Shown: positions 40,501-50,313, numbered from the stretch's first letter. The stretch: 64,000 nt of DNA from Chitinophaga pinensis (GCA_945898275.1 CAMDHZ010000002.1:5007-69006), one strand, 5' to 3'. Notes: generated from the sequence alone by a model not told the origin. Translations and numbers: made by a program.

Positions 40501-41469
40501 GAACAAGATTTACAACCAAGCTTAAACGAGACTTATGGAATGTTTAGCACTCAAACTAGAGAAAGTGTAATACAAGCTTTTTTTAACTCCATAGAAAACT
40601 ATGAGTCGTTTGAACTCGAAGCACAGCTTAAAACTCGAAAAGGGAACATTATTGATGTTAGAATTAAAGGGATACCTTATAAAGAAAATGATAAAATCAT
40701 AGCTATTAGAGGAATTTTCCAAGATATAACAAAAGAAAAAGAAGCTAGCAGATTATTACTTCAATATACTGAAGAACTTGAAAAGAAGAACAAAGAATTA
40801 GACCAATTTGCATATGTAGTTTCACATGACTTAAAGGCACCTTTAAGGGGCATTAACAACCTGAGTATGTGGATAGAAGAAGATATTAGTGAACACCTAG
40901 AAGGCGAAACCAAAACCAATCTGGATTTAATGCGAAAACGCGTAAAACGAATGGAGGGGCTAATTGATGGAATTCTTCAATACTCAAGGGCAGGTAGGGT
41001 AAAACACCAAGCTCAGACATTTGCAACCAAAGACGTTATTGCTGAATTAATTGCAAACATGAGCCCACCTGAGAAATTTCAAATTTCGATTCAGAATGAT
41101 TTACCAACCCTCAGCACAGAAAAAATTGCTTTTGAACAAGTAATTGCTAATTATATTAGCAATGCCATAAAATACAATAATAGCCTTGAACCAACAATTA
41201 ACATTTCTTGTTCCCAAAACGGAAAATTATATGAGTTTTGTGTTGCAGATAATGGACCTGGGATTGAAAAAGAGTTTCATGAAAAAGTGTTTGTTATTTT
41301 TCAAACCCTTCAAGCCAGAGACACTTTTGAGAGCACTGGAGTCGGTTTAGCAATTGTAAAGAAAATGGTTGAGGATAAAGGAGGAAAAGTTTGGATAGAA
41401 TCTGAAAAAGGAAAAGGAGCAAAATTTTTCTTCTCATGGCCAATGGAAGAAACACAAGAAGAAGGATGA
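37591..41469 (+). CDS. Cytoplasmic multi-PAS sensor histidine kinase (8 PAS/PAC, HisKA, HATPase)
   Basis: MHRLLKRQL start typical of FIST-linked kinases; eight DI(T/S)/DVT PAC ends; SHDLKAPL, NAIKY, DNGPGI and G.GLAIV motifs; no TM and no receiver domain. Confidence 0.93.
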   Translation: MHRLLKRQLKKLFGEESPIENNLKQLIDLVDESYNHFQSDYNKLERILELSSKESFKELSNFKNAIDTAALVSLTDAKGEILMANENFCKLSGYSLGELIGKNHSIVNSGVHDKEFWKGMWQTAGSGKIWQSEVCNRKKNKELYWVDSTIIPFLNDAGKPYQYLSIRFDISQRKKIEEEIKTLALVAQKTQNAVIISDPNGIATWTNEGFERITGYSVKEVLGKKPGWLLQGPETDLNTKAEIAAALKDIKPYNGEILNYSKSGECYWISLSITPVKEGDKHIGFIAIESDITERKAVEKRIKENEEKFRLLIESATDIFYYTDGDGNFTYVNDIATKITGFSTEELLKMNYLDLVDPKSRQKVQSFYLRQAVELKQVTYFEFPILTKLGKTAWVGQNVQLIKTSDNRLGIQAIARDITSLKDAQLEIENSHNFLNQILDSIPSPLFVKDREHNWVMVNDAYARLTGIEKNQIIGKNDLSFLPKEDAEEFISQDEEQFNTKLEKMREVSFQKQDGDEKILLVKKTVFTNQGKDYLIGVITDITDLKEREKQIILYNKMSDQISDAISVADYDGKLIYVNESHTRNLGKTKAEMIGSSIIEMEKLFPDIGAWQQHYNEVKLKGEILVEGLNMRKDGSTFPVEASVKYIRIEEKGYIVAAIRDITERKRNEEAVKQMKEFYETVLNKIPSEVVVFDKNHRYLFVNETAVKDKVKREWLVGHDDFEYCNQFNRPQEIAKERRKLFENVTSNKQQLEFEEKLFDSNGKATYTLRRFYPILDDKKEVLHIIGFGIDITSRIEAEKQTRESEERLKLATQSANLGIWDWNLKENTLIWDESMYLIFGVDPKQFSNDYEAFANTLHPEDAERVNLELQASLDEHKDFSSIFRIISDNKKIKYVTAFSKTFRNEQDEPLRMIGVYYDVTENTLTQQKLLKQQQDLEEAQHIARVGGWEIDVKERSILWSKEMFHICEYEQDLQPSLNETYGMFSTQTRESVIQAFFNSIENYESFELEAQLKTRKGNIIDVRIKGIPYKENDKIIAIRGIFQDITKEKEASRLLLQYTEELEKKNKELDQFAYVVSHDLKAPLRGINNLSMWIEEDISEHLEGETKTNLDLMRKRVKRMEGLIDGILQYSRAGRVKHQAQTFATKDVIAELIANMSPPEKFQISIQNDLPTLSTEKIAFEQVIANYISNAIKYNNSLEPTINISCSQNGKLYEFCVADNGPGIEKEFHEKVFVIFQTLQARDTFESTGVGLAIVKKMVEDKGGKVWIESEKGKGAKFFFSWPMEETQEEG

Positions 41470-41951
41470 GAGCAATTTTTTATATAGTATTCTTTTTATT
41501 TAGCACAACATTTTTAGTGGCACAACCATGTTCCGACCCATCTTTAGCTTCACCAGGCTTTAATTGTAATAAGGAATACCAACCTGTGTGTGGTTGCAAT
41601 GGTATAACTTATAGAAATACTTGCAATGCTCAATACCAAAATGGTGTGTTTTATTGGACAGATGGACCTTGCAACGGTATTTCATTTGATATAATTCCTA
41701 CATTTGTTTCAGAACAAAATCCGCAAATGGAATTTACTTTTACGCAAAACAAAGGGATTCCTGCAACGCTCTATATTTTTGATAATTTTGGCAAAGTAAT
41801 ACACCAACAAGCTTTACCAGCAGCTGATAATTTTAACCCTCCTTACTATCAAATCTTTTTTAATCTTAGCAGTTACAGGCAAGGGGTTTATGTAATTTCA
41901 ATTACCAATTCACGAGGAGACTACCTCTGGAAAAAGTTTGTTAAATATTAA
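41466..41951 (+). CDS. Kazal-type domain protein with T9SS-like CTD
   Basis: Signal peptide, C..EYQPVCGCNGITY.N.C.A...C Kazal motif, and GVYVI...KKFVK C-terminus; ATGA overlap with the kinase. Confidence 0.8.
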   Translation: MRAIFYIVFFLFSTTFLVAQPCSDPSLASPGFNCNKEYQPVCGCNGITYRNTCNAQYQNGVFYWTDGPCNGISFDIIPTFVSEQNPQMEFTFTQNKGIPATLYIFDNFGKVIHQQALPAADNFNPPYYQIFFNLSSYRQGVYVISITNSRGDYLWKKFVKY

Positions 41952-41959
41952 TTAGGTAC

Positions 41960-42478
41960 CTAAGGCTTAGATTGATTAGAAGCTGTGGCAGCCTGCAATA
42001 AAATATCTCTATCAAAAAGATATAAACCACTTTTATCATCACCTATCAATTCTAATTTATCATTCAATTGTCGTGCAACACGCTCTTCTTCCATCTGCTC
42101 ATTTACATACCATTGAAGGAAACTGTGTGTGGCAAAATCTCTTGCTTTCAAGGCTGTTTCAACTAATTCATTAATACTTTCAGATACTTTAAATTCATGT
42201 TGGAGAAAGTTACCAAAGACATCTTTAACAGATGAGAATTCATCCATTGGCTTATCAATCGAAGGAATCTCTGCCTTACCTCCTCTTTCATTGATAAACT
42301 TTATTAATTTTAACATATGCAATCTCTCCTCATCAGATTGTTGGTAAAAAAAACTAGTAACACCATCTAAGCCAGGCTGTTGTTCTGCCCAAGATGCCAT
42401 TGACAAATAAGCCATTGAAGATTCTGCTTCCATCATTACTTGCTTATTCAAAGCCATATTCATATCCTTGGATAACAT
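41960..42478 (-). CDS. ftnA: Non-heme ferritin
   Basis: E..SS..YLSMASW, EER.H..KL, HE..V, and FLQWYV.EQ.EEE ferroxidase residues. The start is probably ATG 42478. Confidence 0.93.
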   Translation of the reverse strand: MLSKDMNMALNKQVMMEAESSMAYLSMASWAEQQPGLDGVTSFFYQQSDEERLHMLKLIKFINERGGKAEIPSIDKPMDEFSSVKDVFGNFLQHEFKVSESINELVETALKARDFATHSFLQWYVNEQMEEERVARQLNDKLELIGDDKSGLYLFDRDILLQAATASNQSKP

Positions 42479-42616
42479 AATTTTAATTTTTCTGCAAGGT
42501 AACTTATTTTTGAAATGAGGTGAATTAAAAGTAGTAACAAATGGCACAAAATTGAAATTTCTTAGAATTCAAAAAAGAATTTTTAACAATTAGTTGTGAA
42601 TTACAAATTCCTAACC

Positions 42617-42624
42617 TATTTTTG
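42617..42624 (+). promoter_or_regulatory. -7 promoter element of the rplM operon
   Basis: TATTTTTG (TAnnTTTG) upstream of rplM. Confidence 0.6.
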
Positions 42625-42650
42625 CGACCCCTTATTAAACAGATACAAGC

Positions 42651-43094
42651 GTGGACGCATTGAGTTACAAAACAATTTCAGCCAACAAGGCAACAATTAC
42701 CAAGAATTGGTTAATCGTTGATGCTGAAGGACAAACATTAGGCCGTTTTGCCAGTAAAATTGCAAATATATTACGTGGCAAGAACAAACCTTCATTTACA
42801 CCACATGCAGATTGCGGTGATTATGTGATTATTATTAACGCTGAGAAAATCAGATTCACAGGCAACAAAGTAAACGAAAAGGAGTACAAATTCTTCTCTG
42901 GATACCCAGGAGGTTTGCGATACGAAGTTGCAAAAGACATTTTAGTTAGGAGACCAACTTACGTAGTTGAGCATGCAATAAAAGGTATGCTACCAAAAAA
43001 TAAATTAGGCTCACAGTTATTTAGAAACTTGCATGTATATGCTGGATCTGAACATCCACATGGAGCTCAACAACCAAAAGAAATAAAATTCTAA
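42651..43094 (+). CDS. rplM: 50S ribosomal protein L13
   Basis: LRGKNKP.FTPH.DCGD, GYPGG and GMLPKN motifs; GTG start. Confidence 0.98.
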   Translation: MDALSYKTISANKATITKNWLIVDAEGQTLGRFASKIANILRGKNKPSFTPHADCGDYVIIINAEKIRFTGNKVNEKEYKFFSGYPGGLRYEVAKDILVRRPTYVVEHAIKGMLPKNKLGSQLFRNLHVYAGSEHPHGAQQPKEIKF

Positions 43095-43097
43095 TAC

Positions 43098-43484
43098 ATG
43101 GAAGTTAATAACGCATTAGGAAGAAGAAAAACAGCTGTAGCCCGAGTTTATATAACTCCGGGAACAGGAAATGTCACCATCAATAAAAAGGAACTTAAAA
43201 CCTATTTTCCTACTTTAAGTTTACAAATTGCTGTAAATAAGCCATTTGAAGTAACTAGTACCAGCGGACAATTTGATGTTACAGCCCATATTGATGGCGG
43301 AGGTATAACTGGTCAGGCAGATGCTTTAAAATTAGCTATTGCAAGAGCATTGGTAAAAAACAATGCAGAAACAAAACCAGCTTTAAAAGTTAATGGACTA
43401 CTTACTCGTGACCCAAGAATGGTTGAACGTAAGAAGCCAGGACAAAAGAAGGCTCGTAAACGTTTCCAATTCGTAAAACGTTAA
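43098..43484 (+). CDS. rpsI: 30S ribosomal protein S9
   Basis: GRRKTAVARV, GGG.TGQA and TRDPRMVERKKPG motifs. Confidence 0.98.
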   Translation: MEVNNALGRRKTAVARVYITPGTGNVTINKKELKTYFPTLSLQIAVNKPFEVTSTSGQFDVTAHIDGGGITGQADALKLAIARALVKNNAETKPALKVNGLLTRDPRMVERKKPGQKKARKRFQFVKR

Positions 43485-43506
43485 TCAGAATTATTTTAAT
43501 TTTTAT

Positions 43507-44250
43507 ATGTCTAATATCACGCACGAAGAGTTGCTGGAAGCGGGAGTGCACTTTGGTCACTTAACCCGCAAATGGAATCCAAAAATGGCACCATATATTT
43601 TTATGGAAAAAAATGGAATCCACCTCATCGATTTACACAAAACAGCTGTAAAGCTGGATGAGGCCGCTCAAGCCATAAAAAACATCGTTAAATCTGGTCG
43701 TAAAGTACTTTACGTTGCCACTAAAAAACAAGCGAAAGAGATCGTTGAAAACGAAGCAAAAAGGGTTAACATGCCTTTTATCTGTGATCGTTGGCTTGGT
43801 GGTATGTTAACTAATTTTGGTACAGTTAGAAAAAGCATCAAGAAAATGCAAACTCTTGAAAAGCTTTCTTCAGATGGTACATATGTTAACATTAACAAGA
43901 AAGAGCGTCTAATGATTGAGCGCGAAAAAATCAAGTTAAAAAAGGTTTTAGGAGGCATTGCAGACTTAAACAGGCTACCTGCAGCTTTATTTATCGTTGA
44001 TATTCGTAGAGAACATATCGCAGTTTCAGAAGCCACTAAACTTAACATACCAACTTTTGGAATTGTTGATACAAACTCTGATCCAACGTTGGTTGATTAT
44101 CCAATTCCAGCAAACGATGATGCTGCAAAATCAATCTCTTTAATTGCACGCTATATTACAGACTCAATTGTTGAGGGATTAGCAGAGCGTAAACGTGAGA
44201 AGGAAGAAACAGTAGATAAAGAGGCTGTTATCGAAAAAGAAGAAGCATAA
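43507..44250 (+). CDS. rpsB: 30S ribosomal protein S2
   Basis: AGVHFGH, RWLGGMLTN, DTNSDP and IPANDD motifs. Confidence 0.98.
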   Translation: MSNITHEELLEAGVHFGHLTRKWNPKMAPYIFMEKNGIHLIDLHKTAVKLDEAAQAIKNIVKSGRKVLYVATKKQAKEIVENEAKRVNMPFICDRWLGGMLTNFGTVRKSIKKMQTLEKLSSDGTYVNINKKERLMIEREKIKLKKVLGGIADLNRLPAALFIVDIRREHIAVSEATKLNIPTFGIVDTNSDPTLVDYPIPANDDAAKSISLIARYITDSIVEGLAERKREKEETVDKEAVIEKEEA

Positions 44251-44255
44251 AATTT

Positions 44256-44287
44256 AAAGCCTTCCCCTTTTGGTGAAGGCTTTTTTT
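44256..44287 (+). terminator. Intrinsic terminator-like hairpin between rpsB and tsf
   Basis: AAAGCCTTC..GAAGGCTTT stem followed by a T-run. Confidence 0.65.
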
Positions 44288-44307
44288 AAAATATAAAATT
44301 TAATAAA

Positions 44308-45138
44308 ATGACAACAATAACCGCATCAGATGTAAACAAACTTCGCACTATGACAGGTGCGGGTATGATGGATTGCAAAAAGGCACTTCAAGAAACTAAT
44401 GGAGATTTCGAGGCTGCCGTTGATTTTTTGCGCAAAAAGGGAGCTAAAATTTCAGCAAATAGAGCTGACAGAGATGCTAAAGAAGGTGCAATTATTGCAA
44501 AAGTTTTAGAAAACAAAACTTTTGGAATTATACTTCAATTAAGTTGTGAAACAGATTTCGTTGCAAAAAACGAAGACTTTGTAGCATTCGCTCATAAATT
44601 AGCTGACACAGCTTTAGCAAATAAAGCTCAAAATGTTGATGCTTTGAAAGCTTTAACAATGGATGGTGGTAATGTAGGGGATAAAATTATTGAACAAGTA
44701 GGAAAAATTGGCGAGAAAATAGACGTAGTTCGTTACGAAGTAATGGAAGGAACTAATCTTGTTCCTTATATTCACGCAGGAAATAGAATCGGTGTGCTTG
44801 TGTCTTTAAACATCGCTCCAAACGAAAATAACTTCTCAGCAGGTAAAGACGTTGCTATGCAAATTGCAGCGCTTAATCCAGTTGCATTAGACAAAGAAGA
44901 TGTAGATGCCAGCGTAATCGAAAGAGAAATGGCGATTGGCATGGATCAAGCCCGTGCAGAAGGTAAGCCAGAAAATATGTTAGAGAAAATTGCTCAAGGT
45001 AAACTCGGAAAATTTTATAAAGATTCAACACTCTTGAATCAAGAGTTTGTAAAAGATAGCAGCAAAACAATTTCCCAAATGCTCGATAGTATTGAAAAGG
45101 GACTTACAGTAACAGCATTCAAAAGAGTTTCTCTATAA
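44308..45138 (+). CDS. tsf: Elongation factor Ts
   Basis: [21 protein letters not shown] and GKL.KFY motifs. Confidence 0.98.
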   Translation: MTTITASDVNKLRTMTGAGMMDCKKALQETNGDFEAAVDFLRKKGAKISANRADRDAKEGAIIAKVLENKTFGIILQLSCETDFVAKNEDFVAFAHKLADTALANKAQNVDALKALTMDGGNVGDKIIEQVGKIGEKIDVVRYEVMEGTNLVPYIHAGNRIGVLVSLNIAPNENNFSAGKDVAMQIAALNPVALDKEDVDASVIEREMAIGMDQARAEGKPENMLEKIAQGKLGKFYKDSTLLNQEFVKDSSKTISQMLDSIEKGLTVTAFKRVSL

Positions 45139-45139
45139 T

Positions 45140-45174
45140 AAAAAATCCTCTCCGAAACGAGAGGATTTTTTTTT
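45140..45174 (+). terminator. Intrinsic terminator after tsf
   Basis: AAAAAATCCTCTC / GAGAGGATTTTTT stem with a 9-T run. Confidence 0.85.
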
Positions 45175-45206
45175 CTTATTTTTGTTTCACAACAATTTTT
45201 AGACTT

Positions 45207-45914
45207 ATGAAATACAAAAGAATATTATTAAAACTTAGTGGTGAAGCCCTAATGGGGTCACTTCAATATGGAATAGATCCTAGCATACTTGAACAATATG
45301 CCAAAGAAGTAAAACAAGTTGTAGATGCTGGAGTAGAAGTTGCTATTGTAATTGGAGGCGGAAATATTTTTAGAGGTGTTCAAGGGGTTTCCGGAGGTCT
45401 TGTAGAAAGAGCACAAGGGGATTATATGGGAATGTTGGCAACGGTAATTAATGCTATGGCACTTCAAGGTGCACTTGAGAAATATGGCATGAAAACACGT
45501 TTACAAAGTGCCATACACATGGATCAAATTGCTGAACCTTTTATTAGACGTAAAGCAATAAGACACCTTGAAAAAGGAAGAGTGGTTATTTTTGGCGCAG
45601 GAACAGGAAACCCCTATTTTACAACAGATACAGCAGCCTCTTTAAGAGCCGTCGAAATAGAAGCAAATCTTGTTCTTAAAGGCACTAGGGTTGATGGTAT
45701 ATACACTGCAGATCCTGAAAAAGACGCCACTGCTACAAGGTTTGAAAACATCAGCTATGAGGAAGTTTATGAAAGAGGATTAAATGTAATGGACCTTACT
45801 GCTATTACGCTATGTCAAGAAAATAAAATGTCAATAGTAGTTTTTGACATGAACAAAGCAGGGAATTTGCTAAATGTTTGTAAAGGTGAAAATGTAGGAA
45901 CCACTGTAAGTTAA
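45207..45914 (+). CDS. pyrH: UMP kinase
   Basis: [28 protein letters not shown] and DG.Y.ADP motifs. Confidence 0.98.
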   Translation: MKYKRILLKLSGEALMGSLQYGIDPSILEQYAKEVKQVVDAGVEVAIVIGGGNIFRGVQGVSGGLVERAQGDYMGMLATVINAMALQGALEKYGMKTRLQSAIHMDQIAEPFIRRKAIRHLEKGRVVIFGAGTGNPYFTTDTAASLRAVEIEANLVLKGTRVDGIYTADPEKDATATRFENISYEEVYERGLNVMDLTAITLCQENKMSIVVFDMNKAGNLLNVCKGENVGTTVS

Positions 45915-45917
45915 CTT

Positions 45918-47837
45918 TTAAACCTTCTGGCGAACTCCTAACACGGACTTTACCATAGAGAAAATGCTTTTTGCATCATATTCGCACTCTTGGTAAAGTT
46001 CTTGTTGTTCACCATGTTCTACAATTCTATCTGGCATCCCTAGTCGTTTAACATCAGAATTATAATGATGATCGGCCATAAATTCTAGCACAGCTGAGCC
46101 AAATCCACCTACTATTGTCCCATCTTCAATTGTAATTATTTGTTTGAATGTAGAAAATACTTCATGTAATAACTCTTCATCAATTGGCTTAACGAATCTC
46201 ATATCATAATGAGCCCCTTTAATTCCTTCCTTATCTAATAAATTCAAAGCAGTTTGAGCAAGATTACCAGCAGTTCCAAAAGATAAAATCGCAATATCTT
46301 TTCCATCTCTCAACTTTCTACCTTTTCCAATCTCCAACTTTACTAATGGCCTTTTCCAATCAATCATTACCCCATTACCCCTTGGATATCTTATACTAAA
46401 AGGTCCAGCATTTTCTGGAAGACTTGCAGTATACATTAAATTTCTAAGTTCTTCTTCATCCATTGGAGCAGAAACCACCATATTTGGAACACAACGCATA
46501 AAAGGAATATCCAACATTCCATGGTGCGTCTGACCATCGGCTCCAGCTAATCCAGCCCTATCCATACAAAATACAACATGTAGCTTTTGCAATGCCACAT
46601 CATGTACAACTTGATCATAGGCCCTTTGCATAAATGTTGAATAAATATTACAAAAAGGAACCAATCCTTGTGTTGCTAAACCTGCACTAAATGTTACCGC
46701 ATGCTGCTCAGCAATTCCAACGTCAAAAGCTCTGTCTGGCATTGCTTTCATCATAATATTCATACTACTACCAGAAGGCATTGCAGGAGTTACACCAACA
46801 ATCAATGGATTTTTTTCAGCCAATTCAACTAAAGTATTACCAAATACATCCTGATACTTTGGCGGCTGAGGTGAAACTATGGCTGATTTGAAAATTTCTC
46901 CGCTAACTTTATCAAATAATCCTGGGGCATGCCACTTGGTCTGATCCTTCTCAGCTGGAGCAAATCCTTTCCCCTTAACCGTCACACAATGTAAAAGCTT
47001 AGGACCAGGGATTTTTTTCAAGTCATTAAAAATTTTTACCAAATGGTTCACATCATGCCCATCAACTGGTCCAAAATACCTAAAACCGAGCGCTTCAAAT
47101 AAATTACTGTGCTTAAGCAAGCCTCCCTTTAATGTATCATGTACTTTGGATAAAATATCTTGCGATATTTTTCCCATTTTGCTCAGCTTATCTAATGTTT
47201 TCCAAATATCATCCTTAAACCTATTGTAAGTTGGAGAAGTGGTAATATCTGTCAGATATTCTTTTAGCGCACCAACATTTGGATCAATACTCATACAATT
47301 GTCATTTAAGACAACAATAATATTAGCATTGGCAACCCCAGCATGATTTAATCCTTCAAAGGCCATTCCACCAGTTAAAGCACCATCGCCAATAACAGCA
47401 ATATGTTGCCTGTCATGTTCTCCTTTTAACTTTGATGCAACAGCCATACCTAATGCGGCAGAAATAGAAGTAGAAGAATGTCCAACCCCAAAAGCATCAT
47501 ATTCACTTTCACTTCGCTTAGGAAAACCAGAAATACCTTGATAAGTTCTATTTGTATGAAATACATCTCGCCTACCAGTCAGAATTTTATGCCCATACGC
47601 TTGGTGTCCCACATCCCAAACCAGTTGATCAAAAGGCGTATTGAATGCATAATGCAAAGCTACAGTTAACTCAACCACTCCTAAACTGGCTCCAAAATGG
47701 CCACCATAAACAGATACTGTATCTATAATATATTGCCTTAGTTCAGCAGCTATTTTTACTAATTCTTCTTCATTCAGCTTTTTTAGGTCTGAAGGGAGCA
47801 TAATAGGCTCCAAATTTTTTCCAGGGTTAATCTTCAT
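45918..47837 (-). CDS. dxs: 1-deoxy-D-xylulose-5-phosphate synthase
   Basis: GGHFG..LGVVEL, DVGHQAY, GDGALTGG, IAEQHA and DRAGL.G.DG.TH motifs. Confidence 0.97.
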   Translation of the reverse strand: MKINPGKNLEPIMLPSDLKKLNEEELVKIAAELRQYIIDTVSVYGGHFGASLGVVELTVALHYAFNTPFDQLVWDVGHQAYGHKILTGRRDVFHTNRTYQGISGFPKRSESEYDAFGVGHSSTSISAALGMAVASKLKGEHDRQHIAVIGDGALTGGMAFEGLNHAGVANANIIVVLNDNCMSIDPNVGALKEYLTDITTSPTYNRFKDDIWKTLDKLSKMGKISQDILSKVHDTLKGGLLKHSNLFEALGFRYFGPVDGHDVNHLVKIFNDLKKIPGPKLLHCVTVKGKGFAPAEKDQTKWHAPGLFDKVSGEIFKSAIVSPQPPKYQDVFGNTLVELAEKNPLIVGVTPAMPSGSSMNIMMKAMPDRAFDVGIAEQHAVTFSAGLATQGLVPFCNIYSTFMQRAYDQVVHDVALQKLHVVFCMDRAGLAGADGQTHHGMLDIPFMRCVPNMVVSAPMDEEELRNLMYTASLPENAGPFSIRYPRGNGVMIDWKRPLVKLEIGKGRKLRDGKDIAILSFGTAGNLAQTALNLLDKEGIKGAHYDMRFVKPIDEELLHEVFSTFKQIITIEDGTIVGGFGSAVLEFMADHHYNSDVKRLGMPDRIVEHGEQQELYQECEYDAKSIFSMVKSVLGVRQKV

Positions 47838-47997
47838 TTTTAGGTCGAATAAGAAATTTTCCAGCTTTTACGCTTACAAATAATTAATAAACATCAATTA
47901 CCAATTAAGGTTTTACTTTATAAAAGCATGTAAAAATAAGTAATGGATTTTATATTTAAATCCAACGATAAGAATTAAATAAGATTATTGCATGGCA

Positions 47998-48762
47998 TTA
48001 TAATCTTGCCTCACTAACTATTAAATCCTTTGGGTGAATAGATAATACTGGAACTTCTGAATTTTTTATCATTTGTTCAGAGTATTTTCCTTTAAAGAAT
48101 GATGCTAAACTTGTTTCTTGCTCAGTCATGATAGCAATTAGTCCGGCAGACTTTTCTTCGGCATAGGCTAAGATTGTCTCAGTTGGATTGCCACCTAATC
48201 TCATGTCGGTAGTTACTCTAACTCCCTTTTCTTCTATGTTATTACTAACTTGCCTCATATAATTCTTAATTAAAACTTCAGCATCCTTTCCTGTTTCGCT
48301 GCTCACACCTAAAACATGAATAGTGGAATTAAACATCTTTCCAAACTCTACAGCATAAGGAACCTTTTGGCGGGTTTCGGATGATGTATCTAAGGGAATA
48401 ATGATATTCGTGAAATCAATCCCAGAGTTAATGGTGGGTATAGTAAGAACTATGCTTCCTAGTTTATCAATTAACGAATTAGCTTCCTTAGCTGTAATTA
48501 ATCCTTGAGCACCTGAATCAGTAGTTATGGAAACTATAACCAGATCTGAATTACTCTTTATAATAGTATTAATTGCCTCCTTCTCGGAATTAACATTAAC
48601 AATTTCTACACCATGGCCAAATGATAAACCTGCAGAATTAAAAGTAATAACTAAACAATTAGCATTAAACTGACTTCTAAGTTTGGATAACAAATCAACT
48701 GCAGAAGGACAAGATTTTGAATCTCTTATTGCAAGGCAAATGTTGGACAATTTAACTGACAT
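47998..48762 (-). CDS. Universal stress protein (tandem USP, N-domain divergent)
   Basis: C-terminal IIIPLD.S.ETRQK...G.P...I..YA...LI.IMT...PVLSI USP pattern. Confidence 0.8.
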   Translation of the reverse strand: MSVKLSNICLAIRDSKSCPSAVDLLSKLRSQFNANCLVITFNSAGLSFGHGVEIVNVNSEKEAINTIIKSNSDLVIVSITTDSGAQGLITAKEANSLIDKLGSIVLTIPTINSGIDFTNIIIPLDTSSETRQKVPYAVEFGKMFNSTIHVLGVSSETGKDAEVLIKNYMRQVSNNIEEKGVRVTTDMRLGGNPTETILAYAEEKSAGLIAIMTEQETSLASFFKGKYSEQMIKNSEVPVLSIHPKDLIVSEARL

Positions 48763-48891
48763 AAGGAAATATATTTATTTAAAAATAACTTAACTCACTC
48801 AAACTAAATGTTAATTAAATTTAAAAAAACAAATAAAAACTATAATTAACTTATATCCAGATATTTAAATTTTAAGAAAATTATAAGAAAA

Positions 48892-49674
48892 TTAATTTCC
48901 ATTAAAAATTGGCCTTCTTTTTTCATTAAAGGCCGTAACACCCTCTTTATAATCATTACTTTTTCCAGCAATCTCTTGGCAAAATGCTTCATACTCTAAC
49001 ATTTCATCCAAATTAGCAGTATACGATTTTTGAAGCATCTTTTTCATTAAACCAATGGCTTTAGTAGGTGCTGAAGCATAATATTGAATAAATTTCTCAA
49101 CCTCATTCTCTAGTTCTTCAGGTTTTACTACACGATTTACCATTCCCCAATCGTAAGCTTGCTGTGCAGAAACTTTTGTGCCCATTGTAGCAAGTTCAAA
49201 AGCTCTGGCCGAACCTAAAACTCTAGGCAAAAAATAGGAAGATCCACTATCCAAGACTAAACCAACATTAACAAAAACCTCAATCAAGGAAGCATTTTCA
49301 GCGGCAACAATTATATCACATGCCAGGGCCAACGAGCAACCTGCACCTGCTGCAACTCCATTCAATTTGCAAATCACGGGAATCGACAAATTTCTAATTG
49401 CCTTTATCATTGGATTGTATCTCTTATATAGACTCTCACTTAAACTCCTATCCTTTTTTCCAGCAATGTCTTTTAAATCTTGTCCACTGCAAAATGCCTT
49501 TCCTGCACCCGTAATAACCAAAACTCTAACACTTTTATCCTTACCTACTAACTTTAAAGCATCATTTACATCTTTACTTAATTCTTCATTAAAAGCATTA
49601 AATACATCAGGCCTATTCAACGTGATAGTTGCTACCCCATTTTCATTTGAAAATAAAATTGTTTGAAAATTCAT
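48892..49674 (-). CDS. Enoyl-CoA hydratase/isomerase (PaaG-like)
   Basis: LNRP...NAF, FCSGQDL, AAGAG.SLALACD and GLVLDSG motifs. Confidence 0.92.
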   Translation of the reverse strand: MNFQTILFSNENGVATITLNRPDVFNAFNEELSKDVNDALKLVGKDKSVRVLVITGAGKAFCSGQDLKDIAGKKDRSLSESLYKRYNPMIKAIRNLSIPVICKLNGVAAGAGCSLALACDIIVAAENASLIEVFVNVGLVLDSGSSYFLPRVLGSARAFELATMGTKVSAQQAYDWGMVNRVVKPEELENEVEKFIQYYASAPTKAIGLMKKMLQKSYTANLDEMLEYEAFCQEIAGKSNDYKEGVTAFNEKRRPIFNGN

Positions 49675-49676
49675 AA

Positions 49677-50309
49677 TTATATAGTGAAAGGTTTAACTAA
49701 ATTAAAAAGAAAAATGAACATCGTAAAAAATCCTAAAATAAAGCCCAAATACAATTGAACAACTGAATGTGCTTTGAGAGAATACCTAGCTGTTGCAACC
49801 AATCCGCTTGCAACAATAAAAAAAATCAATAGTCCTCTAATATCAATCATTGAAACAGGTGCTGATGAAGCTATCAATCCACAAAGTGCACCCAAAGTTG
49901 CCATGTGAATGCTAATTTTTGAATAAAAATTAATTAATAGAACAGAAAAAACTATTAAACCACATGCAACTAAGTACATTAGCAAAATACTGCTAGTTAG
50001 CAAACTTGTCCTAAAATTATAATAGGTAAAGAGGTAAAATATTATGGTAACAATATAAGGCAATACTCTATCCTCTTTATTTTCTAAAGTAATGTTCTGA
50101 ACTGATCCAAGCAACTTCATAAGAACTACACTCAAAGAAGGAATAATACTAGTTAACAAAAAAATATATCCGATATAGTAAAATTTAATCTTGTTTGGAA
50201 TTCCATAATACAAACTTGGTTGTAAATAGAACAACAATATTAAACATAACAAGTTGATGAAAATTGGGTGTGCAACAACAGAAAGAAAATTGGCAAATCG
50301 CGAGTTCAT
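49677..50309 (-). CDS. Conserved membrane protein (PAP2-like)
   Basis: About 6 TMs; HP, KISIH and AR..L.AH...Q.Y.G motifs. Confidence 0.65.
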   Translation of the reverse strand: MNSRFANFLSVVAHPIFINLLCLILLFYLQPSLYYGIPNKIKFYYIGYIFLLTSIIPSLSVVLMKLLGSVQNITLENKEDRVLPYIVTIIFYLFTYYNFRTSLLTSSILLMYLVACGLIVFSVLLINFYSKISIHMATLGALCGLIASSAPVSMIDIRGLLIFFIVASGLVATARYSLKAHSVVQLYLGFILGFFTMFIFLFNLVKPFTI

Positions 50310-50313
50310 ATTA

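Noticed and set aside
42542..42556. TGGCACAAAATTGAA as a sigma-54 promoter
   Set aside because: The -24/-12 spacing is one base short, there is no GC at -12, and rplM has a normal TAnnTTTG element.
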